From an uncultured candidate division Zixibacteria bacterium (lineage in GTDB: Bacteria > Zixibacteria > MSB-5A5 > UBA10806 > 4484-95): a stretch of 64,000 nucleotides of DNA. The stretch covers positions 32,001-96,000 of the forward strand of contig CAXXKA010000001.1 of NCBI GenBank assembly GCA_963668625.2. The letters run 5' to 3'. Position numbers and translations under genes: made by a program. Below the pieces are notes generated by a model. The model did not search any database. It was not told the DNA's origin and saw only the letters and a list, made by a program, of their open reading frames with translations. Positions 48,811-59,066 of this stretch are shown here, in pieces. Each line of letters starts with the position of its first letter. Position 1 is the stretch's first letter.

Positions 48811-49508
48811 TATACCTTGGCCTCCTTGCCGTAAAGGGTCTCGGCTACCTTGTCACCGGCGCCGGGACGAAGTTGCCAGTGTACCGCAGAAATTCTATCG
48901 AAAGCGAATAGCACTATATGGGCCAGCTTGGTGAAAGGAATTATAACGAACAACAACTCGGCGCTAAGCAGGTGTATCAACATCACGACATCCCAGGGAA
49001 AGGGATTTAGAGCCGGGTGCATCGCTAAAAAGCCGGTGGCAAACGGCATGAATATCAATATTAACAGGGCATAATCCATAGGCATACTCATGGCCCTGTG
49101 ACGTCTCGAAAATAACCTGAAGCCGAGTAATACGAAAATACAAGCAATCGTAAACAGGGTGAGATAATCAGCCAGTAAATAGCCGATTGACGGTAGGTTG
49201 ATACCCAGGAATCCCTCCCATAGCACTATGTGATCGGCTAAAAAAACCGGTACTATTATAATACCTATATGAAATAGATATGAAACTATCGAGAAAAACT
49301 TCGTTCCTGGTATCAAGTGACGAACCGGTACTACCCAGCTTAACGCTTCCGTACCGATTTTGCGCCATGGCGCGTTCATCAAGCGCCGGCCTTTGCCGGT
49401 GACCAGTGAATAAATCTGTATGATCGCCAGCCTGGCCAGCCCGAATATCATTATCAGAAATGTTATTGCGAAAAGGGGCCCTTTCGCAAACTCAATCCAT
49501 TGCTCCAT
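48810..49508 (-). CDS. NarI/HmcE-like cytochrome b subunit
   Basis: About five TMs with FHIG, IHLL and PFTKLAH heme histidines. Confidence 0.8.
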   Translation of the reverse strand: MEQWIEFAKGPLFAITFLIMIFGLARLAIIQIYSLVTGKGRRLMNAPWRKIGTEALSWVVPVRHLIPGTKFFSIVSYLFHIGIIIVPVFLADHIVLWEGFLGINLPSIGYLLADYLTLFTIACIFVLLGFRLFSRRHRAMSMPMDYALLILIFMPFATGFLAMHPALNPFPWDVVMLIHLLSAELLFVIIPFTKLAHIVLFAFDRISAVHWQLRPGAGDKVAETLYGKEAKV

Positions 49509-49538
49509 CCTTACCTCAATCAATTCCAATTATCGATT

Positions 49539-50978
49539 TTACATTTCAAACATTGCGGCTTCTTCTTTGCGCTCCTTGGGGTTTTTGCCTCCCGGTATAT
49601 GAATTGCCTTGAGTATGAGATCGTGCAATCCCATAATCTTGCAGGGTATATCATAATGTTCCACGAGCTCTTTTAGCTGTTTCTTGCAGTTGGCGCAGGG
49701 AGCGATACATATATCCGCGCCGGTTTGTATGAGCTGCTCGGCTTTGACCCTGCCGCCGATGTTCATTCTGAAATCATGAATCTCATCTACGGAAACCAAA
49801 CCGCCGCCGCCGCCACAACAGAAATTATTCTGGCCGTAGGGAACCATATCGACGAAATCCTTAACGAATGTTTTTAGTATCTCGCGGGGTTGTTCCACTA
49901 TCCAGCCGGAACGAGCGATATTGCAGGGATCATGATATGTTACTTTTTCCGTGATTATATCGGGGTCGAGCCGTATCTTTCCCCTCTTGATACAGTCGAG
50001 CGTATATTCCATGAAATTGTAAACGGGATAAGTTTCTTTACCCGCGAAAACCGGTACGAAATCGTGGGCCGAACGTGAGGCGTGTCCACATTCGCCGATC
50101 AGCAAATTGCGGCCATTCAAACGGGTAACCTCGCCGACAAGCTGTTTTATGATATTTTCCAGATGCCAATCGCTATAGAAAAGCCCATAGTTGATACCAT
50201 CGTAGTTGCCGGTACCGATCGTCCATCTATCCCAATCACCTGCGGCGTAAAGCACCGCGGCGTTACCCATCAGGGTTTCTGGTTCCATCAGGTAGTCGCT
50301 AACCGCGCAGAAGAAGACATAGTCGCGGTTAGGCTGATCAACCGGGAATTCGACCTTCACGCCGGTTAAATCCTCCAGTTCCTCCGACAAAAACTCCAGC
50401 GTATTCAATAACGCGACTTTCGGTACCTTGGAGGTGTTGTGCGTCTCGCCCTCGAGTTGCTCCCTGACACTGACTCGCAGCGCCTTGGGTACTATTCCGA
50501 TGAGACTGAGTACGTATCTTCCCAGGCGGGTCATCAAACCATGATCGACACCCATAGGACACTCGCGTGTACATCTGCGGCAAGCCGTGCAGCGATAGAG
50601 CACCTCCTGCATATCATCGATCACCTCGTCGGTCAGCTCGAAATTATCGGTAACCCTGCCGTTAAGCCAGCCGCCTATAGTGAAATAGCGACGGTAAATT
50701 TTCAAAAGAAGATTTGTTCTGTAACACGGAATATCACGAGGATCGCCGGTTGCCAGGAACACGGGACAGGTTACGGCACAGCGGTTGCATTTCGCGCTCG
50801 AGGTACAATAGGAATCAAGTAAAGGTTTATAGTCACTATATTTTAGAACTGCCGCGAAAGCTTCGAGAAAACGATTAACCCTGTGCTCGGTATCGTAATC
50901 CTCAACATAAAAAAATGATGAATTAACTATTTCTGCGGTATCGGTTTCTTGTGATGTTTTTAATGTATCTCCATCCAT
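49539..50978 (-). CDS. HmcF/HdrD/DsrK-like Fe-S protein with CCG domain
   Basis: CTACRRCTRECP, ECGH, TYHDPC, CCGGGGG, CANC. Confidence 0.87.
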   Translation of the reverse strand: MDGDTLKTSQETDTAEIVNSSFFYVEDYDTEHRVNRFLEAFAAVLKYSDYKPLLDSYCTSSAKCNRCAVTCPVFLATGDPRDIPCYRTNLLLKIYRRYFTIGGWLNGRVTDNFELTDEVIDDMQEVLYRCTACRRCTRECPMGVDHGLMTRLGRYVLSLIGIVPKALRVSVREQLEGETHNTSKVPKVALLNTLEFLSEELEDLTGVKVEFPVDQPNRDYVFFCAVSDYLMEPETLMGNAAVLYAAGDWDRWTIGTGNYDGINYGLFYSDWHLENIIKQLVGEVTRLNGRNLLIGECGHASRSAHDFVPVFAGKETYPVYNFMEYTLDCIKRGKIRLDPDIITEKVTYHDPCNIARSGWIVEQPREILKTFVKDFVDMVPYGQNNFCCGGGGGLVSVDEIHDFRMNIGGRVKAEQLIQTGADICIAPCANCKKQLKELVEHYDIPCKIMGLHDLILKAIHIPGGKNPKERKEEAAMFEM

Positions 50979-51018
50979 TCTTTCTATCCTTTATTTTTAT
51001 TTCTCAAAATCGACTTAA

Positions 51019-51034
51019 CGCAAAGTTCATACCA
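51019..51034 (-). promoter_or_regulatory. Sigma54 promoter of the Hmc-like operon
   Basis: TGGTATGAACTTTGCG on the - strand, GG-N10-GC. Confidence 0.72.
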
Positions 51035-51455
51035 ACTGATTTGATTCGGACCTGATCTAATAGTAACAGAGCATTCTTGGTTTTTGCTTTTAAGCAGTTA
51101 ATGCTAAGACTATAAAGGGCTAATCGAAAATATGCAGGTCGGTATTTTTATTTGTTTTTAGATAAGGCTTGAATCATTTGACAAATAATCTTATAATAAT
51201 ATTCACAAAACACGCCGGTAGATGTCGCAGTCGTTGCAACGCACGTTTCATGATGCGACGTTACGCAACACTGTTGCGACATGTTTACTTGACAATTATT
51301 AAAATACTCAATATATAATTGAAACGGCTTGAAATTTATTTCAATAGAAGCCTCTTTTTTATCTTAAGTAATACTAATAGGTTACAAACAACCAGAGAAA
51401 TGAGATCACGATATATGTGTTATCCCTATTAATTCTGGTTAGTAAATGCCGGGAT

Positions 51456-51471
51456 TGGCATGTCATTTGCA
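51456..51471 (+). promoter_or_regulatory. Sigma54 promoter of the divergent operon
   Basis: TGGCATGTCATTTGCA, GG-N10-GC. Confidence 0.75.
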
Positions 51472-51498
51472 CTTGTGCCTTTTCAGGAGAGTGTAAAT

Positions 51499-52530
51499 AT
51501 GAGATACGGTGTACCATTACTCGGCGACCGGGTTGCGCCCCGGTGTACACATGCCGACTCGGTGATGCTTCTGGTGTTGAGACGCAACAAAGTTTGCACC
51601 GAGGATAAAGTTACTTTCAGCAATCATAATCTGTTCGACTTACGGGAGCTTCTTTCCGAATACCGCGTTGATACCCTTATTTGCGGTGGCATAAGCAGAG
51701 ACAACAAAGAATTCCTTCAGGCTAGACGGGTTGAAATCATTGATAATGTTGCCTGTACCATTGATGAGATTATTAATGCCATTATGGGTGGAAATCTGGA
51801 ATGCGGTTTCGGATTAAACTATCGGATCGATGAAGTAGTAAAAAATAACGATAAAGGATATCAAACCGAAGTTAGCGAGGATGATAGAGCCGGTATCGAA
51901 AAAACTGAGAGTGGAATTCATGTTGACTGTCTTTCCTGCATTGACCATCTGTGTTTACGAGGAGAGAAATGTCCCCTGGTTCGGAAACTTACCTTTGAAC
52001 CGTCATTGTATAAAAAAGATATTCAGCGCATAATCGAGGCGACTCTCGATATCGCCTGTGAAAAAGAACGCACGTTATGCCGTCTCACCGAGCTGATATA
52101 TTTTTGCCTGGAGATGCGTTACAAGCGTATAGGTATAGCCTACTGCGTAGATCTTCAAGAGCCCGCCGATATTTTAAAGAGGGTACTACAACGGTTTTTC
52201 GAGGTTTACCCGGTCTGCTGTAAAATCGGCGGCAACGATGTTAATGATCCATTCAATATGCAGACAACCGAAATCAATCCGGAAATTCATAAAAGCCAGA
52301 TTGCCTGTAATCCACTGGGTCAGGCTGAGGTATTAAACAGACAAAAAACGGATTTAAACGTAATCGTGGGAATTTGTATGGGAGCGGATTGTGTTTTCAC
52401 TAAAGCCAGCGAGGCGCCGGTAACCACGTTATTCGTTAAGGATCGGTCGCTGGCAAACAATCCGATAGGAGCGCTATATTCCGATTACTATCTGGAGGAG
52501 GCGAAACAAGCTTTTGCTCGCAATGTTTGA
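51499..52530 (+). CDS. NifB/NifX domain fused to a DUF1847 metal-binding domain
   Basis: N-terminal RVAPR..LICGGIS; C-terminal RIGIAYC, CCKIG, CNPLGQA, GICMGAD, VKDR; ATG at 51499 after AGGAG. Confidence 0.8.
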   Translation: MRYGVPLLGDRVAPRCTHADSVMLLVLRRNKVCTEDKVTFSNHNLFDLRELLSEYRVDTLICGGISRDNKEFLQARRVEIIDNVACTIDEIINAIMGGNLECGFGLNYRIDEVVKNNDKGYQTEVSEDDRAGIEKTESGIHVDCLSCIDHLCLRGEKCPLVRKLTFEPSLYKKDIQRIIEATLDIACEKERTLCRLTELIYFCLEMRYKRIGIAYCVDLQEPADILKRVLQRFFEVYPVCCKIGGNDVNDPFNMQTTEINPEIHKSQIACNPLGQAEVLNRQKTDLNVIVGICMGADCVFTKASEAPVTTLFVKDRSLANNPIGALYSDYYLEEAKQAFARNV

Positions 52531-52573
52531 AAAAAACGCCGTCTGAGTTTTGCCATCTCATTGACAGGAGATG

Positions 52574-52708
52574 GAGTTGTTGAAAAAGTCGTTTTCACGA
52601 GTCGCCGGGAATCCTTCCCCGGCGAAATATTGCATGAATTCAGATGGCAGGATAGGATGAATAAAGGACTTCGTCCGCCTACCATCTCAGCCAGGTTTTT
52701 CAACAATC
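52574..52708. repeat. MITE-like element copy A
   Basis: Ends TTGTTGAAAAA / TTTTTCAACAA; internal homology to 53379 and 61198. Confidence 0.6.
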
Positions 52709-52826
52709 GCGATGGCGCGAAACTCGAGCCGATTACCAGTAAACGTTTTCGGGCGGCGATCGGCTGCGGGATCAGGATGTACGAAAAGATAAAAAATAAT
52801 TTTAAATTAGCAACGAGGAGGAAAAT

Positions 52827-53363
52827 ATGGCTATTCCAACTTTGAATGCCATTGGTTTTTGTGCGCATTATTCGGAGCAGGGCGATTGGGCGTTTGATTA
52901 CGCTTTGAAACTATCGCGTCAACACTCCATCCAACTTAACGTATTTCACTTTCTGTCGGACCCCTATCATATCGAGGATGACTCCGTTGATCAACTAGAT
53001 AAAGAATCAAAAGCGAAACTTGCAATCGAGCGCGAAAAAGAGCTGCGCATGTATTACGATAAGCGAGCCGGAGATTATCTTGATGTCGGTTTCCGTCTGT
53101 GCGAGGATGCCGAATGGGTAGAGCTTCACAAATGCCTGTTGATCCGGGAATTCCAAATACTGGTGCTGGGTTATGTCGGTTCCGACGCTCGATTCGGCGG
53201 ACGGCCGATAGAGGATTTCGCCGAGGCGTTCGTTAGCCCGGTGGTCTTAGTCGGCCCGGATAAGCCCGATCAATTCCATCTCAACAAACAAGCCGCTCTT
53301 CTGATCAGCAAATTGGGCCTCGAGATAGGCAATGTCGAAATTATCGAGCGCATTTCCGCTTGA
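52827..53363 (+). CDS. Universal-stress-protein-like protein
   Basis: HYSEQGDWAFDYAL.L....QLNVFH, LVLGY, SPVVLV. Confidence 0.6.
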   Translation: MAIPTLNAIGFCAHYSEQGDWAFDYALKLSRQHSIQLNVFHFLSDPYHIEDDSVDQLDKESKAKLAIEREKELRMYYDKRAGDYLDVGFRLCEDAEWVELHKCLLIREFQILVLGYVGSDARFGGRPIEDFAEAFVSPVVLVGPDKPDQFHLNKQAALLISKLGLEIGNVEIIERISA

Positions 53364-53378
53364 TACTGTTCGTAATAG

Positions 53379-53515
53379 GGATCGTCGAGAAAGCCACATT
53401 CACCAATCACCGGGCGGATGAAGTTCATTGTTCATCCTTTTCCGGCGATATACTGCATGATAACCGTTGGCAGGAAATTATTCCAACCACCATGGAGAGA
53501 TTTTTCAACAAATCC
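53379..53515. repeat. MITE-like element copy B
   Basis: GGATCGTCGAGAAAG ... TTTTTCAACAAATCC; colinear with copy A. Confidence 0.55.
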
Positions 53516-53619
53516 AACAGGCAAGGTACGTTCAGGCCGGAAGCCCCGCTTTCGATTATTGGAATGTTCTTGCATTTGTTAATGTTATTTGCCTATATCT
53601 AAGATAGCGGGATTTATTA

Positions 53620-54930
53620 GTGATGGAAAAGAAATTAAGCCAGTTAATATTCAATAGCATACGAGATGGGGTTTTTACGGTTGATCGTAATTGTGTAATC
53701 ACCTCGTTCAACAAATCAGCGGAACGGATCACCGGTTTTAAAAGAACCGAGGCTATCGGAAAGCACTGTTTCGATATCTTTCGCACGGAGGTTTGCCATA
53801 CCCAGTGCGCGCTGAAAGATACATTGAAAACTCAATCATCCATCGATGATTCCCGGGTAACCATAATCACTCGCGATGGCCGGGAATTGCCTATACGTAT
53901 CACGACCACTATGCTTAAAGATGAGGATGAAAATATTGTCGGCGCAGTTGAGTTTTTCCAGGATATCTCCGAGATAGAATATTTACGGAAAAGCCTGGAA
54001 CAGAAACAGGCTCTTGATGATATAGTCAGTGTCAATCCCCAGATGCAAAGCCTGATCCGGCTTTTACCTGATGTTGCCGAGTCCGAGTGCAACGTGCTGA
54101 TCGAGGGGCCCAGTGGTTGTGGCAAAGAGCTATTCGCCCAGGTAATTCATAATTTAAGCTCCCGGCGTTACGGGCCGTATATAAAGATCAACTGTGCCGC
54201 TTTGCCCGCGAGTCTGCTGGAGTCGGAGCTGTTCGGTTATGAGAAAGGCGCGTTCACCGATGCCAAACGAGATAAGCCCGGTCAGTTCAGCCTCGCCAGC
54301 GGAGGTACGCTTCTTTTGGATGAGATCGGTGAAATGGATACCTCGCTTCAAGTGAAACTTCTGAGGGTTTTGAACAACGGCGAATACCGTCCCCTTGGCT
54401 CGGCTAAAACTCTTCACACCGATGCCCGAATCATTGCCGCCACTAACGCCAGGCTGGAGGATTTAATCGAATCGGGCAAGTTTCGACGCGATTTATATTA
54501 TCGTATTAACGTGGTAAATATCAATATCCCGCGTTTGAGTGAGAGGCCGGAGGACATTCCTCTCCTGGTGAATCATTTCATAAAGATATTCAGGAAGAAA
54601 AGCAAGCGGCATATAAAAAGACTATCCCCGGAGGCATTGGCTGCTTTGCGCAATCATCCTCTGCCCGGTAATGTGCGCGAATTGGAAAATGCCATAGAAC
54701 ATGCTTTCGTTATGTGCCGGGATCAGGAGATACAGTTGGAACATCTGCCGCTGCATATAACGGACTACCAACTTACGGGCGTCAGATCCAACTCGAGCCA
54801 TCTAAGCGAAAAAGAAATAATAATGGATGTCCTGAAAAGAAATAAAGGCAACAAGGCGACATCCGCTACTGAGCTTGGAATGCACCGCTCCACACTCTGG
54901 CGCAAGATGAAAACGCTGGGGCTATCGTAA
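53620..54930 (+). CDS. PAS-sigma54 activator-Fis HTH (second OrpR-like paralog)
   Basis: PAS with CFDIFRTEVCHTQC (C-x8-C-x3-C), GPSGCGKE, GAFTDA, HTH. Confidence 0.9.
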   Translation: MMEKKLSQLIFNSIRDGVFTVDRNCVITSFNKSAERITGFKRTEAIGKHCFDIFRTEVCHTQCALKDTLKTQSSIDDSRVTIITRDGRELPIRITTTMLKDEDENIVGAVEFFQDISEIEYLRKSLEQKQALDDIVSVNPQMQSLIRLLPDVAESECNVLIEGPSGCGKELFAQVIHNLSSRRYGPYIKINCAALPASLLESELFGYEKGAFTDAKRDKPGQFSLASGGTLLLDEIGEMDTSLQVKLLRVLNNGEYRPLGSAKTLHTDARIIAATNARLEDLIESGKFRRDLYYRINVVNINIPRLSERPEDIPLLVNHFIKIFRKKSKRHIKRLSPEALAALRNHPLPGNVRELENAIEHAFVMCRDQEIQLEHLPLHITDYQLTGVRSNSSHLSEKEIIMDVLKRNKGNKATSATELGMHRSTLWRKMKTLGLS

Positions 54931-55046
54931 GGCAAATCCGATACTATATTTATTTAGTTCGTGAATAACATTTTGCGATTTCATTGAAATAACTGCATAT
55001 TTTATATCGTATTATAATATAGAATGATAATGGGGATACTGTTAAT

Positions 55047-55238
55047 ATGATGAGATCGATCAAATGCCCACATTGCGAGCATGAGTTCAGTCTTAACGTG
55101 CAGAGCGAGGTTGGCCGACGCAAACCGGTCAGCATCCGTTTCATGGGGATTAACAAGAATGTCGGACCGAAACCTAAATATATACAGGTTACCTGCAAGA
55201 ATAAAAGATGTGGAAGAACATTTCAGGTGAAGGTATAA
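55047..55238 (+). CDS. Small Zn-ribbon protein
   Basis: IKCPHCEHEF ... CKNKRCGRTF; SD GGGGA. Confidence 0.6.
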   Translation: MMRSIKCPHCEHEFSLNVQSEVGRRKPVSIRFMGINKNVGPKPKYIQVTCKNKRCGRTFQVKV

Positions 55239-55265
55239 AATTGTTTTCGCCGAATAAACAGGTAG

Positions 55266-56081
55266 CTATTCAGCCGCGACCGTATCGGGATGAACATCCC
55301 GGGCACATCTGAAACCGACAGCCAAATCTCGCCAGTAGTCGGAAGGGATGAGTATCCTTTCGAATACCCGGGTGCAGTAAGCTCCCGAATGCCAGCCGCC
55401 ATCCCGTATAACACGGAAACGTCCTTTTTCCGGCCCCTGCGGATTTTCAAACGGGCTGTTGGCGTAATATTCCTCGGAATAGTAATCGGATACGAACTCC
55501 CTGACATTGCCGGTCATGTCGTGCAAACCGAATCCGTTCGGCGGATAGCTGCCTACAGGGGTAGTGCCTAGCTGACGACCCTTATACGAAAAATTAGCCA
55601 GCAGGGTATCGGCGGAATCACCGTAGGCGTATTTCATCCCGATTAAACCACCTTTGGCGGCATACTCCCATTCGGCTTCTGTCGGCAGACGTTTCCCGGC
55701 CCACTTGGCGTATTTCCCGGCCTCGCCCCAACCGATACCGACTACCGGGTGATCGGGGAACTCCAGCCCGGAATGAAACTCCTCCATGCCCCAGAACTCC
55801 GGCGTACGTGCTTCGGTGGCTTGCATGAACTCGGAGTACATGGCATTGGTGACCTCGTATTTATCGATATAGAACGAATCGAGTTTTACCTTATGAGCAG
55901 GGGAGAAAGCCGCATCGCCATCGACTCCCATTGTGTACTCCGCGGCGGGAATCAATATCATCTCCTGTTCGATTCGAGCCTCGGGATTGGTTTTATTATT
56001 AGTGCCGGTGCAGGATGATATAAATACATTTGCTAATGAAACGAGCGATACTATCAGCCATAATACTTTTATTTTGTACAT
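55266..56081 (-). CDS. Formylglycine-generating enzyme (SUMF1) family protein, probable lipoprotein
   Basis: KYEVTN, RLPTEAEWEYAA, NGFGLHDMTGNV, GFRCA; lipobox-like ISSC. Confidence 0.88.
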   Translation of the reverse strand: MYKIKVLWLIVSLVSLANVFISSCTGTNNKTNPEARIEQEMILIPAAEYTMGVDGDAAFSPAHKVKLDSFYIDKYEVTNAMYSEFMQATEARTPEFWGMEEFHSGLEFPDHPVVGIGWGEAGKYAKWAGKRLPTEAEWEYAAKGGLIGMKYAYGDSADTLLANFSYKGRQLGTTPVGSYPPNGFGLHDMTGNVREFVSDYYSEEYYANSPFENPQGPEKGRFRVIRDGGWHSGAYCTRVFERILIPSDYWRDLAVGFRCARDVHPDTVAAE

Positions 56082-56121
56082 CACAATCCTTTCAATTATC
56101 ACCTCCGAGGAGGTATCACTA

Positions 56122-56943
56122 TTAAGGTTGTCGAATAAACTCGGATAAGAAAGCGTAAAATTCCTCGGATGAATCAACCATCAAGCTATGACCGGCATTC
56201 TCGAATTTCCGCGTTGCCAGGTCATTTTGTTCGAGAAATTTCAATGTCCGTTTACTGCAGCTTATCGTGCCGTAACAATAAATCCGGGGGATATCCAATT
56301 CGGAATAAATCTTGCCGATTTCGCTTTTGAATTCGCCATCCAGCCCGGTGTTTCTTGCTACAAGCTCTTTGGAGTTCTCCAGAAACGCCTCAGGTCTGCA
56401 GAAATTCAACGAGGCAAAATATAACCTGGAGGAAAGCTTATTCCCGAATTTCCGGAATATCAATTCGTATTTGAAATGATTCTCGAACCAGTCATCAAAT
56501 TCGCCTTTGTTATATGCCTCAACCGCCCGGCCTGAGATAAACAGATCATACTGGGTGATATCGCCCTCGATATTGATATATTTCTTTATCGAGCCGCCGT
56601 GGTTTTCCCGGCACATCAGTGTCGATAAATCACCGCCCATGGAATGTCCCAGCAGGATTATATTGGACAGATTCAGTATCTCGATTACTTTCCACAGTCG
56701 CTCGATATGCACCGAGTAATGATAGCGTTCGAGCGAGCTTGCTTTGGAGCTTCTGCCGTAGCCGACTAAATCGGGTACCACGATATTGTAATCGCTTAAG
56801 AACTCATACTCGAAGGCGTCTGCGTAGCTGATCCCCGAATCCCCCAGGCCGTGAATGAAAAGCAGGGAAGGGCGATTTGGATTCAACTCCGTATGCCTGA
56901 GAAAAATATGTTCATCATCGATTCGTATGTATGATTCGTTCAT
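56122..56943 (-). CDS. Alpha/beta hydrolase
   Basis: FIHGLG, DLVGYG, GHSMGG, NAGH. Confidence 0.88.
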   Translation of the reverse strand: MNESYIRIDDEHIFLRHTELNPNRPSLLFIHGLGDSGISYADAFEYEFLSDYNIVVPDLVGYGRSSKASSLERYHYSVHIERLWKVIEILNLSNIILLGHSMGGDLSTLMCRENHGGSIKKYINIEGDITQYDLFISGRAVEAYNKGEFDDWFENHFKYELIFRKFGNKLSSRLYFASLNFCRPEAFLENSKELVARNTGLDGEFKSEIGKIYSELDIPRIYCYGTISCSKRTLKFLEQNDLATRKFENAGHSLMVDSSEEFYAFLSEFIRQP

Positions 56944-57075
56944 TTGTATCTCCTCGGTTCTAAATATCGCTAAAAATAATGGCGTATGTCAATCGTTCTT
57001 AATCATAAAAAATAGAGGCATTCGATCGAACGCCTCTATGAAAGTCAATAAGGAAATTATTTGTTTTCTAACTTT

Positions 57076-58749
57076 TTATTTCTTCTTTTGCATCTTGGCC
57101 CAGCTATCGCGTAAGCCCACCGTGCGATTGAATACCAGGGCATCAGGTTTTGATATTTTCGAATCGACAACGAAATAACCCTGGCGTAAAAACTGGTAGT
57201 ATTCGCCGGGTTTGGCATCTTTCAAGCTTGGCTCGAGCTTACATCCTTTAACTATCTCCAGCGAGTCTGGATTAATACAGGCTTTGAAATCATCCTCGGC
57301 CAACGGATTCTCTTCGGTAAACAGGCGGTCGAATAAATATATCTCGGCATCTATCGCGTTTTCGGCATGCACCCAGTGAAGAGTACCTTTGACCTTGCGT
57401 CCATCGGTTGCCTCACCGCTTTTAGTCGCAGGGTCGTAGGTGCATTCGAGCTCGACTATCTCGCCGTTTTCATCCTTGACGATCTTCTCGCACTTGATAA
57501 AATAAGCATGTTTCAACCTGACTTCTTTACCCGGCGCCAGGCGGAAGAATTTTTTCGGGGCATCCTCCATGAAATCGGCTCGCTCGATGAATATCTCACG
57601 ACCGAACGGAATTTCACGGGTACCATCCGCCTCGTTTTCCGGGTTGTTGACAGCAGTCAACATCTCGGTTTTACCCTCGGGGTAATTGGTGATAGTCACT
57701 TTCAGCGGATTCAAAACCGCCATCACGCGGATAGCGCGCTTGTTCAAATCCTCCCTGAGTATATGCTCCAGAAGGGCGATATCGGCCATGCTGTCGCGCT
57801 TGGCTACGCCCACTCTTTCGGCAAACGCCCTGATCGATTCGGGCGTATAGCCCCGCCGCCTGAAACCGGCAAGCGAGGGCATGCGAGGATCATCCCAGCT
57901 TTCTGCGTGACCCTCATGTACTAGCTGTATGAGTTTGCGTTTGGATAATACGGTGTAGCTCAAATTAAGACGGGCGAACTCTATTTGCTGTGAGTGATGC
58001 ACTTTAAGCTGGTCGAGATACCAGTCGTACAGGGGACGATGAGCCTCGAATTCCAGCGAGCATAATGAATGAGTTATACCCTCGAGAGAATCGGATAAGC
58101 AGTGAGCGTAATCGTACATCGGGTAAATCTTCCACTTGTCGCCTGTCCTGTGATGATGAACGTGCATGATACGGTAGACCACCGGGTCGCGCATATTGAT
58201 ATTACCGGAGCTCATGTCGATTTTGGCCCGCAGGGTTTTTGAGCCATCGGGGAATTCGCCGTTTTTCATCCGCTCGAACAGATCGATATTTTCCTCGACC
58301 GACCTGTCACGATAGGGGCTGTTCTTGCCGGGTTCGGTAAGCGTACCGCGATACTCGCGAATTTGATCGGCTGTCAAATCATCAACGTATGCCTTGCCAT
58401 CCTTGATCAGCTGCACCGCGAAATCGTAAAGCTTATCGAAATAATTAGAGGCGTAATACTCCCGGTCATCCCAGCTGAATCCCAGCCAGCGAATATCCTG
58501 CTTGATCGAATCGACAAACTCGACATCCTCTTTGGCCGGATTGGTATCATCAAAGCGAAGGTTACATTGGCCGCCGTACTCCTCGGCTGTCCCGAAATCT
58601 ATGCAGATGGCTTTGGCATGGCCAATGTGAAGATAACCGTTGGGCTCCGGTGGAAAACGAGTATGGACTACTCCGCCAAATCGCCCCGTGCTGTTATGCT
58701 CGTTGATTATCTCTTTGATAAAATTGGATGTTGATTCAGTTTCCGGCAT
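57076..58749 (-). CDS. glnS: Glutamine--tRNA ligase
   Basis: [46 protein letters not shown]. Confidence 0.97.
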   Translation of the reverse strand: MPETESTSNFIKEIINEHNSTGRFGGVVHTRFPPEPNGYLHIGHAKAICIDFGTAEEYGGQCNLRFDDTNPAKEDVEFVDSIKQDIRWLGFSWDDREYYASNYFDKLYDFAVQLIKDGKAYVDDLTADQIREYRGTLTEPGKNSPYRDRSVEENIDLFERMKNGEFPDGSKTLRAKIDMSSGNINMRDPVVYRIMHVHHHRTGDKWKIYPMYDYAHCLSDSLEGITHSLCSLEFEAHRPLYDWYLDQLKVHHSQQIEFARLNLSYTVLSKRKLIQLVHEGHAESWDDPRMPSLAGFRRRGYTPESIRAFAERVGVAKRDSMADIALLEHILREDLNKRAIRVMAVLNPLKVTITNYPEGKTEMLTAVNNPENEADGTREIPFGREIFIERADFMEDAPKKFFRLAPGKEVRLKHAYFIKCEKIVKDENGEIVELECTYDPATKSGEATDGRKVKGTLHWVHAENAIDAEIYLFDRLFTEENPLAEDDFKACINPDSLEIVKGCKLEPSLKDAKPGEYYQFLRQGYFVVDSKISKPDALVFNRTVGLRDSWAKMQKKK

Positions 58750-59066
58750 CGCGAGAATTTCCTTCCTGTTTTCTTCAACCGATTATACTTAATGATTAAA
58801 GTCGGTATTTTCCTGTTTTGAGTAAATATAATATTTCCAAATACCCGATTTAACAAGCGAAAGTTGCGATAATCTGAACTACCGGCGGCCGATGGATTCC
58901 TCATAGCCGGCATGGTTTGCAGGCTAACATGTTGGAGCACTAGGACGTAATCCAAATAACGGAAGATCTTTCCTTTATTGGAAATGTATAACGATAAAGC
59001 CAAGGACATCAATAGATTATATGTACGTGTGAAAGTAGTAAGTCGATTGTATTGTTTCAAAGAAAG

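Noticed and set aside
52528-52845. Possible TGA read-through from the DUF1847 gene into ORF 52561-52845 (same frame)
   Set aside because: The upstream domain looks complete, there is no Cys/Sec motif, and the downstream frame overlies a MITE-like repeat.
53360-53602. 80-aa ORF similar to 52561-52845
   Set aside because: The similarity comes from the DNA repeat; TTG start with no clear SD.
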